In this document: positions 35,434-41,853 of the stretch, piece by piece | How the letters are laid out: every line of letters begins with the position of its first letter | Position numbering within the stretch: the first letter of the stretch is position 1 | IMG/VR virus record: IMGVR_UViG_3300037307_000894 | Coordinates: 1 to 41,853 of that record | Source of the DNA: a virus | Lineage: Duplodnaviria > Caudoviricetes | Strand: one strand, 5' to 3' | DNA: 41,853 nucleotides | Translations under genes and position numbers: made by a program | The notes under the pieces: model-generated | What the model was told of the DNA's origin: nothing | What the model saw: the letters and a program-made list of their open reading frames with translations, nothing else | The model's database searches: none

Positions 35434-36066
35434 TCACTGCGCCCACGACGGTTTGCCCGTCACGGGTGCGCGCTGCTGAGCCGGTGCCTGATACGCTGGT
35501 GCTGCCACATGCGCTGGAGCGCCGGAATTTCCACCGCCCGAGGACTTGGGAGGCACGCCCATCAACTTCGCGTACTCGGGATGGTCGGGTTCGACCGCGA
35601 CCTTGACCACGTTGCGATCCTGTCCTTTGGAATCCTTCTCGACATCTACGCGGGCGAGAAACTCGATGCCGTCCAGTTCATGGAATCCCTGGATGCGGCG
35701 GGCAGCGCTGGCCTGCGGGCTGTTGTCCTGCGGGTGGACATTGCGTGCGCTGTTGAGCGCGGCTCGAATGAAGCTGCGTCCCATCTGCCCCCAGGTCGGT
35801 CCCTTCTTGGAGTGCAGTCCGATGTTGCTCCACATCTTGCGCTTGGCGTGGTCACCACCGGTGACCACGAATTCGGCAGCGAGATAAATGGAACCGGTGT
35901 CGAAAGACTCGGTGGCATAGCCGCCGCCCCAACCTTGCGCGGGGTCGTCATAACCACCGGGTTTGATGGTCATGCGCACCGGGACGATGGTGCCCTTGGG
36001 GATCAGATCGAAGCCGGATTGTTGCGATTCAGCGTCGTTGAAGTCGTTCCAGTTATTGGTGGTCAT
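35434..36066 (-). CDS. Phage SSB-like protein (DUF669-like)
   Basis: DFNDAE...FDLIPKG, EFVVTGG.HAKRKMW, P/A-rich tail ending PSWAQ; follows the AAA_24 ATPase. Confidence 0.7.
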   Translation of the reverse strand: MTTNNWNDFNDAESQQSGFDLIPKGTIVPVRMTIKPGGYDDPAQGWGGGYATESFDTGSIYLAAEFVVTGGDHAKRKMWSNIGLHSKKGPTWGQMGRSFIRAALNSARNVHPQDNSPQASAARRIQGFHELDGIEFLARVDVEKDSKGQDRNVVKVAVEPDHPEYAKLMGVPPKSSGGGNSGAPAHVAAPAYQAPAQQRAPVTGKPSWAQ

Positions 36067-36070
36067 GTGA

Positions 36071-36964
36071 TTACTCCTTGGATTCGGTAGTGTTCTGGGC
36101 AATAGGGGTGGCAGTGCCTGCGCACTTGGCGATCAGCGCGCCGAGATGCGGCGGTTCCAGCAGGTCGAGACGACCGCTGCGGTCTTTGGCCGGGAAGCCG
36201 TAGGGATTGACGGTGTGCGTGACGAACGCGCGGTAGGTGCTACCGTCGTCGGCCTTGATCTCGGCCAGTGTCACGACCTCATCGACGATGCCGGGTAGCT
36301 CCAGACTGGTCTTGCTGCCTTCGATCTGAGGCACGAACACCTTGCGGTTGTAGTCATCGAGCCTTTCATCGAGGATGGCGACAAACACCACGTTCTTGCC
36401 CCGGGCGTGCTGCAGGTGGGTCAAGGCACTGATCATTTCCTGGCCCAGCAACCCGTAGGCGGCCCGCAGATCAGGCTTGCCGGAACGGTCGCTGGTTGCG
36501 CCGGGCTGCGTCTTGCACCACGCAAAGCACTGGCGCGACAGCTGGGTGATCGAGTCGAGGAAGAATGTCTGGTAGCGGTCGAGTTGCGCCGGGTCGCCAA
36601 ATTTCTCGACGACGTGGTCATAGTGCGCCTGCGAGAACGCGCTCTCCGGCGGCAGCGATTTGTCCGGGCCGGCGAGGAACACGAAGAAGTCGCGCGACTC
36701 CGGCCACGATGCCGGGCGGATGGTATCGCCCGGCCAGTCGGCCACGGCCAAGTCGCCAGCCTCGATATCGAGGAACAGGGTGGTAGCCGGGTCGAGGTCT
36801 TTGAGCCGAGTGGTCTTGCCGATGCCGGATTTGCCCAGCATCAGCAGCTTCACGCCTTTGCGTTCGGCCATCCGCTCGATGGCGGATACGATGGGCAGCT
36901 TTTTGCCGAGGGCTTCGCCCCCTTTCGCCTGCGGCTCACGAAACTGCGCTGCGCTTGTTTTCAT
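36071..36964 (-). CDS. AAA_24 (Sak4-like) ATPase
   Basis: GKSGIGKT (Walker A), LFLDIEAG, FLDSIT, AKDRSG. Confidence 0.88.
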   Translation of the reverse strand: MKTSAAQFREPQAKGGEALGKKLPIVSAIERMAERKGVKLLMLGKSGIGKTTRLKDLDPATTLFLDIEAGDLAVADWPGDTIRPASWPESRDFFVFLAGPDKSLPPESAFSQAHYDHVVEKFGDPAQLDRYQTFFLDSITQLSRQCFAWCKTQPGATSDRSGKPDLRAAYGLLGQEMISALTHLQHARGKNVVFVAILDERLDDYNRKVFVPQIEGSKTSLELPGIVDEVVTLAEIKADDGSTYRAFVTHTVNPYGFPAKDRSGRLDLLEPPHLGALIAKCAGTATPIAQNTTESKE

Positions 36965-37443
36965 GCGTCACCCCCATCGATGCTCAAGGTGAAGGACGGC
37001 TTGCCGGCATCCACAGTTCGGGCAGCGGCGAACTGCTGCTGCAGGGCCGGTGGCCAGTTGGTGTAACGGGACTCGGACACCGAGAGCTTGATGTCGAGGT
37101 AGCCCTCGACCTTCTCGCCGGAGGCAACGATGCGCTCGGCGATCTCGCCCAACTGTTTCTGGTTCCAGCTGACTTTCTTGGGCAACTCGAACTTGATGTG
37201 CAGCGGGCCATCGCTAATGTGGACGGTGCCGAAGTCGCGGCCGGATTCACGCAGCGCTGCGCGGGCCTGTTCGCCGTAACACTGATCAAGGGCTGCGTCG
37301 AACTTGGTGCGGGCCTTCTTGAGCCAGTCGATAGCAGCATCGAGGTTCTTGTCGACCTCGCGCTTCTGCTCTGGGGGCAACGCAGCCAGTTGGCTGACGG
37401 ACATCTCGGCGATGTCGGCGGGGAAGATGGTCAGATCGCTCAT
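36961..37443 (-). CDS. Conserved phage hypothetical protein (160 aa)
   Basis: LPKKVSWNQ...VSESRYTNWP; GAGGGG RBS before ATG 37443. Confidence 0.75.
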   Translation of the reverse strand: MSDLTIFPADIAEMSVSQLAALPPEQKREVDKNLDAAIDWLKKARTKFDAALDQCYGEQARAALRESGRDFGTVHISDGPLHIKFELPKKVSWNQKQLGEIAERIVASGEKVEGYLDIKLSVSESRYTNWPPALQQQFAAARTVDAGKPSFTLSIDGGDA

Positions 37444-37453
37444 GGCCACCCCC

Positions 37454-37717
37454 TCACTGGTATGCACGAACCGAAGTCGAATAACGCGAGACGCGCCGTT
37501 CGAAGGCTTCGATTTCGGAGATTAGGTAGGTGACGCGCGCCCCGAGCTTGCAGAAGACTGGACCGAGCTGTTCCTGCCGCCAGCGGCGCAGGGTTTTGAC
37601 GGAGAGCCCCCAGCGGGCGGCGAGCTCATGTTCGTCAAGAGCGATGCGCACGGCACCGCTCGGGAGTTGCCGGATAGCGTTCCGGCCGGGTTGAACGGAT
37701 GGGGTTTGGTTTTGCAT
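37454..37717 (-). CDS. AlpA/excisionase-type HTH regulator, first gene of the early operon
   Basis: LDEHELAARWGLSVKTLRRWR...GPVFCKLGARVTY. Confidence 0.85.
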   Translation of the reverse strand: MQNQTPSVQPGRNAIRQLPSGAVRIALDEHELAARWGLSVKTLRRWRQEQLGPVFCKLGARVTYLISEIEAFERRVSRYSTSVRAYQ

Positions 37718-37879
37718 TGCGGAACTCCTTTTGTTTGGGAGTTCCTATTGAATTGCTCCATGCCTTGGGCTTGCGCGAGTGCGTTTTGGGCTTTCGTGAG
37801 CAGCCACCAACATCAGACCTGCCAACACGATATAATTAACTCATTGATCTATATGAATATGCGCTCGCCGTTTCGGTTA

Positions 37880-37907
37880 TTGCGATTTTGCTTATTTCGT
37901 TTATAAT
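37880..37907 (+). promoter_or_regulatory. Sigma70-type promoter for the HTH-PIN operon
   Basis: TTGCGA-N16-TATAAT in an AT-rich intergenic region; GAGGAG RBS before ATG 37945. Confidence 0.7.
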
Positions 37908-37944
37908 GAACCCAATTGAACTTTGACCCAACGAGGAGACCTCC

Positions 37945-38406
37945 ATGAACGCTCCCGCTATCCCCAAAACACTGCCCTCAGAAGAGGACATCGCGCTCGC
38001 ACGGGAGTCGGGCCGCGCGTTGTCGACCGTGCTCCAAACCCGTGCCGAAACCCAGCAGATCGACTTCCATGACGACAAGGGGGCGGTGCGTGCCGTGCGC
38101 ATCCCGACGTCGGCGCTGCGCCTGTTGCTGGAAGTCTTGACCGAGATCGGCCAGGGCAACGCCGTATCGATCATTCCGATCCACGCAGAACTGACCACGC
38201 AGGAGGCCGCCGACGTGCTCAACGTCTCGCGCCCCTTCCTTGTCCAGTTGCTGGAGAAGGGCGACATGCCGTTCCACAAGATCGGCACGCATCGCCGCGT
38301 GCGCTACCAGGACGTTATCGCCTACAAGAAGCGCATCGATGCCGAGCGTCGCAAAGCTCTGGATGAGTTGGCCGCGCAGGCCCAGGAACTCGGCATGGGA
38401 TACTGA
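37945..38406 (+). CDS. Excisionase-family (HTH_17) DNA-binding protein, putative antitoxin
   Basis: LTTQEAADVLNVSRPFLVQLL..G.MPFHKIGTHRRV; paired with a PIN gene. Confidence 0.88.
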   Translation: MNAPAIPKTLPSEEDIALARESGRALSTVLQTRAETQQIDFHDDKGAVRAVRIPTSALRLLLEVLTEIGQGNAVSIIPIHAELTTQEAADVLNVSRPFLVQLLEKGDMPFHKIGTHRRVRYQDVIAYKKRIDAERRKALDELAAQAQELGMGY

Positions 38407-38410
38407 TCGG

Positions 38411-38983
38411 ATGAGCTCGCACTTCACCGTCGTCTATGACGCCTGCGTGCTCTACCCGGCACCGCTGCGCGATTTGCTGATGCATCTGGCGCTGTCGGAC
38501 TTGTACCGGGCACGCTGGAGCGACCTGATCCACGACGAGTGGACGCGCAGTGTGCTGGCCAGCCGCCCCGACTTAACCCAAGACCAGCTGAACCGGACAC
38601 GCCATCTGATGAATGCCCATGTCCGGGACAGTCTGGTCACCGGATTCGAGTACCTGATTCCGTCGATCAACCTTCCCGACCCGGACGACCGCCACGTGGC
38701 GGCGGCCGCCATCCACTCCGGAGCCAGCCTGATCGTGACCTTCAACCTCAAGGACTTCCCGACAGAGGCACTCAAGCCCTACAACCTCGCGGCCCAGCAT
38801 CCGGACGACTTCATTGTCGATCTGCTGGATCTGCATCCCGCAGGCGTGCTGGAGGCCGCCGCCTGCCATCGGCGCTCGCTGAAAAATCCGCCCAAAACGG
38901 CAGACGAATACCTCGACACCCTGCTGGCGCAGGGTCTGACTCAATCGGTGGCGGTCATGCGCCAATGGACTGTGGCCATGTAA
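38411..38983 (+). CDS. PIN-domain protein (putative VapC-like RNase toxin)
   Basis: VYDACVLY, IHDEW, PDPDDRHV, IVTFNLKDF acidic PIN motifs. Confidence 0.88.
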   Translation: MSSHFTVVYDACVLYPAPLRDLLMHLALSDLYRARWSDLIHDEWTRSVLASRPDLTQDQLNRTRHLMNAHVRDSLVTGFEYLIPSINLPDPDDRHVAAAAIHSGASLIVTFNLKDFPTEALKPYNLAAQHPDDFIVDLLDLHPAGVLEAAACHRRSLKNPPKTADEYLDTLLAQGLTQSVAVMRQWTVAM

Positions 38984-39001
38984 CGGCCAAAGGGAGAATG
39001 C

Positions 39002-41248
39002 ATGGGCAAAAAGACCCTGACCAACGCGCACTGCCTGCTTGACCTGATCGAGAAGGCTCCAGTTCAGACTCTCAAGGCTTTTTCCGGACTCTCCGAATGC
39101 CAGGCGCTGACTCGTGGCTTCGACTGGTCACAGGATGCTGCTGCGCTCCCCTCCGCCCTGATCGAACACATCAGACATCTCCGAAAAGATCAGCGTGATC
39201 CTGCCGAGCGCGAGGCACTGCGCGTACTGCGACTGGCATCCCCGCACGGCGCGCAAATCCTCACAACCGTCGCCGACCAGCTCAACGACAACGATCTGAT
39301 CGCCGCTTTCACGAACCAGGACGGCGGCGAGATCGGCCGCGCGGTCTGGATGCGCACCCACTCCGACGAGGCGGCGCGTCTGTTCGATGTTGCCGAGTCG
39401 ATCCTGAATACCGGCGACATCCGGGGCAACAAGCGCCTCTACGACGCTTTCGATGTGCCGTGCGACGATGCACCGCCCTTCATCTGGAACGACTCCGTCA
39501 AAAAGGAACTGGAGTCGCAGCTCACCAGCGCGATGCGCCTCGGCGAACCCTGCGAAGTGGTCTACGTTCCGCTGGCCGACGAGAAGAAGAACGGCGACAC
39601 GAAGACCATTCATTACCTCGTTGTCCGGTTTGCCGGAGATCAGGTGACGGCGGTGCAGGTGGTCAACCGCAACCGGAAGAGTTTCTGCTACTTCCCGGCA
39701 CGCGACGCGACACTGGTTTACGCGCCGGATCGCAAGGTGGTGGAGGTCTATGCGCACACCCTGTCGACGCGCGCTCCTCTGGCGAATGTTCTGTCCAAGC
39801 ACGGTTTCAAGGCTCCGCTATCGAACCGTCCCCTGAACCGGTCGCGTTACGACCTGTCCCGGTTCGCGTTGCCCCTGCGGGACGAGAAACCGCAATTGGA
39901 TGGCGTGAAGGTCGAGCGTCTATATCTGACGGAGGCCAAGGCATTGCTCGGACATTCGACGGACGCCGTGTCTCTGCACATCGACAGCGGCGCGGAACTG
40001 CACGAGGTCATCAATGATCGTTGGAGCAACCATCCGTTCTCGCAACCCGGAGCCATCCTCGGCGTGACGCTGTTGGCCGATCTGGTGTTCGATGGCGAAA
40101 CCGGCGAAACGCCGCTGTCCATTGTGCTGGCGGAACCCGGCCGATGCAGCCTGCAAGGCGAGAAGGACCTCCGGCTACGGCAGGCCGGGACGCAATTGCT
40201 CGAAGCGTTGGGCGTTCTGAAGCCGTTGCACCCGGGCTCGGGTATCGACGACCCGAACCTTGTCGTTCAGGTGGCTCGTCTGCTCGAATCCGCGACCAGC
40301 CCGATGGACGGCTTCGCACTGGCGCAACTGGGGATCGACATCGACCGATTCGAGGATGAAGGCATTATCACCGAGGGCGACCGGATCACCGAGAGGGTGG
40401 TCGATCTGGCCGACGGCGAGCGGTTCACGGTCAAATTGGAGCGCTGCGTCGACGCCAATCAGGTGCGCTACCGTGATCCGCTCACCGGTATAGATGTAAT
40501 CCTGCCCGCCAAACATGCGCGGCGCTGGAAAGTGCATCTGAACTGGCTGCGCGAGGAGATCATCACGGCCTTGGGCACCGCGCTGCAGGGGGTACGTAGC
40601 AAGTATGTTGATGAAGAGCCCGTGTTCCTGGGCGAAATCGACATCGACGGGCATGCCGTCGCGCTCTACTTCGCCGCGAAGATGTCCAGCGAGCGCCAAT
40701 ACGCCCGCGTCGATACCGCCTTGCGGCTGCACCCTCGCCCCGTTCCCGGCATCGTGCTGACGACGGCATCCGTCCCGTTCCCGTTCGCCGGGACGAATGT
40801 GGTGATCCCCATCGAGGACGTGGTGTCGTCCGCTGGCGCGAAAACAGCCATCGACATGACTCGTCTCACGGTCGCGTATCGGCACGGACGGTTGGCTGCA
40901 ATGGGTGGCACCTCGGTAAGCCTGAAGGTATCCGCCGACGGGTATGCGGCCGTGTTGTACCTCCCTGGCAAAGCACCTTGGCGTGTCACCGGCAAGGGCA
41001 AGATCACCGTGCTGCAGCGCTTGGTCGATGCCTACGCAACAGGCACGCATGTGAACACCAAGATACTGATGGACGACACAGGATGTGCATCGCCTGCCAA
41101 CCTGTTCTCCAAGACGTCGCCCTGGAGAAACTACCTGGCCAGAGTCAAAGGCACTCACGGATGGCAGTTGAACCTGCCGATCCTCGACGCTCCGGTCGAT
41201 GATGACGAAGAAAAGATCGAGACGGAAGAAGTCGCACTGATCGGCTGA
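39002..41248 (+). CDS. Large hypothetical protein (748 aa), possible C-terminal winged helix
   Basis: GGGAG RBS, 18 bp after the PIN stop; no recognised catalytic motif. Confidence 0.8.
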   Translation: MGKKTLTNAHCLLDLIEKAPVQTLKAFSGLSECQALTRGFDWSQDAAALPSALIEHIRHLRKDQRDPAEREALRVLRLASPHGAQILTTVADQLNDNDLIAAFTNQDGGEIGRAVWMRTHSDEAARLFDVAESILNTGDIRGNKRLYDAFDVPCDDAPPFIWNDSVKKELESQLTSAMRLGEPCEVVYVPLADEKKNGDTKTIHYLVVRFAGDQVTAVQVVNRNRKSFCYFPARDATLVYAPDRKVVEVYAHTLSTRAPLANVLSKHGFKAPLSNRPLNRSRYDLSRFALPLRDEKPQLDGVKVERLYLTEAKALLGHSTDAVSLHIDSGAELHEVINDRWSNHPFSQPGAILGVTLLADLVFDGETGETPLSIVLAEPGRCSLQGEKDLRLRQAGTQLLEALGVLKPLHPGSGIDDPNLVVQVARLLESATSPMDGFALAQLGIDIDRFEDEGIITEGDRITERVVDLADGERFTVKLERCVDANQVRYRDPLTGIDVILPAKHARRWKVHLNWLREEIITALGTALQGVRSKYVDEEPVFLGEIDIDGHAVALYFAAKMSSERQYARVDTALRLHPRPVPGIVLTTASVPFPFAGTNVVIPIEDVVSSAGAKTAIDMTRLTVAYRHGRLAAMGGTSVSLKVSADGYAAVLYLPGKAPWRVTGKGKITVLQRLVDAYATGTHVNTKILMDDTGCASPANLFSKTSPWRNYLARVKGTHGWQLNLPILDAPVDDDEEKIETEEVALIG

Positions 41249-41335
41249 CGTTCAAACGCCCATTACCCCGCGTTGCCATCCTCTTCAGAGGATCAGGCCC
41301 ACTATCTGTGACGGTTGCTATTCCCCGGAGCCGTC

Positions 41336-41527
41336 ATGAAGAACCTCGAACTCGCATCACCCTCGGAGATGTCCGCCAGCGCCCGTGCTGGTGAAATCAC
41401 CACCATCCTTGCGGCAGCCATCGTCCGCACGCTCGCCGGCGACGATCAAAAACAGAGAGAAGTTGGACTTGGCTTCCTGCCCGACCAGCGCGTTCATACA
41501 ACCCCCTATCAAAAGGAGAAGTTGTGA
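41336..41527 (+). CDS. Small hypothetical protein (63 aa) upstream of DUF2924
   Basis: GGAG RBS; TGATG overlap with the next gene; contains motif copy 5. Confidence 0.5.
   Translation: MKNLELASPSEMSASARAGEITTILAAAIVRTLAGDDQKQREVGLGFLPDQRVHTTPYQKEKL
41468..41497 (+). promoter_or_regulatory. Conserved upstream motif, copy 5
   Basis: CTTGGCTT-cctgcccgacc-AGCGC-GTTCAT, starting 59 nt before ATG 41527. Confidence 0.72.
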
Positions 41528-41853
41528 TGAACGAGACGCTGACCAAGCAACAAACAGTGGCCCGGCAAATTGCCGACCTGAGCCAAATGTCCATGGCCGA
41601 ACTTTGGCCGGTCTGGGATCGGTATTTTCCCCGCCGCCCGGATTATCCGAATCGCACGCACGTCGAGTCGCGCATTGCCTACAAGCTGCAGGAGGAAGCC
41701 TTCGGCGGCCTCGCTCCCGAGACAAAGCAGCGGCTGGAGGCCATCGGTGCGAAGCACTCCAAGATCAAGCTGCGCGCCAAGCCACGTGAGTTCAATTTCG
41801 CGCCGGGCACGGTGATTCTGCGCGAATGGGGCGAGCGCGAGCACCGGGTGACC
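41527..41853 (+). CDS. DUF2924 domain protein (truncated by the window end)
   Basis: Translated by hand: MNETLTKQQTVARQIADL...RIAYKLQEEAFGGL...PGTVILREWGEREHRVT; AAGGAG RBS. The family usually precedes a serine recombinase. Confidence 0.85.
   Translation, partial: MNETLTKQQTVARQIADLSQMSMAELWPVWDRYFPRRPDYPNRTHVESRIAYKLQEEAFGGLAPETKQRLEAIGAKHSKIKLRAKPREFNFAPGTVILREWGEREHRVT

Larger units (their letters stand above)
1..41853. mobile_element. Temperate prophage (lambda-like head, non-contractile tail); boundaries and att sites not visible in the window
   Basis: Syntenic lysis, tail, head, terminase, cos, methylase and replication modules. The integrase is probably beyond the right edge, downstream of DUF2924 (inference). 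Confidence 0.95.

Overview
Near-complete temperate siphovirus-type prophage with a lambda-like head module in GC-rich DNA (host not determinable here; the gene set suggests a betaproteobacterium, by inference). Almost all core genes run on the minus strand. From right to left they are: an early replication/recombination operon (HTH, AAA_24 ATPase, SSB-like, Cas4-like nuclease, P4/D5-type primase-helicase, putative origin, RuvC-like, DUF6362 late regulator), two moron genes, a lambda-like cos site (~28.75-28.80 kb), two ParB-fused DNA methyltransferases, terminase, portal, protease, decoration and capsid genes, a non-contractile tail with a G/GT -1 frameshift, tape measure and tail-tip genes, lysis genes, and a DUF488 moron. 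Plus-strand islands are a pRiA4b-ORF3 gene inside the head-tail operon, an array of six small genes between the methyltransferases and terS, and an HTH-PIN-748 aa locus followed by a truncated DUF2924 gene. The most striking unexplained signal is a fixed-spacing bipartite DNA motif, CTTGGCTT-N11-AGCGC-(GTTCAT). It precedes four genes of the small-gene array and also the DUF2924 gene 16 kb away, which suggests an undescribed prophage regulon. Also notable: no cI-type repressor, a 57-bp in-frame mini-hairpin insertion in the ATPase gene, and two fibre-like genes inside the packaging module. All family names come from motif recognition, not from database searches.
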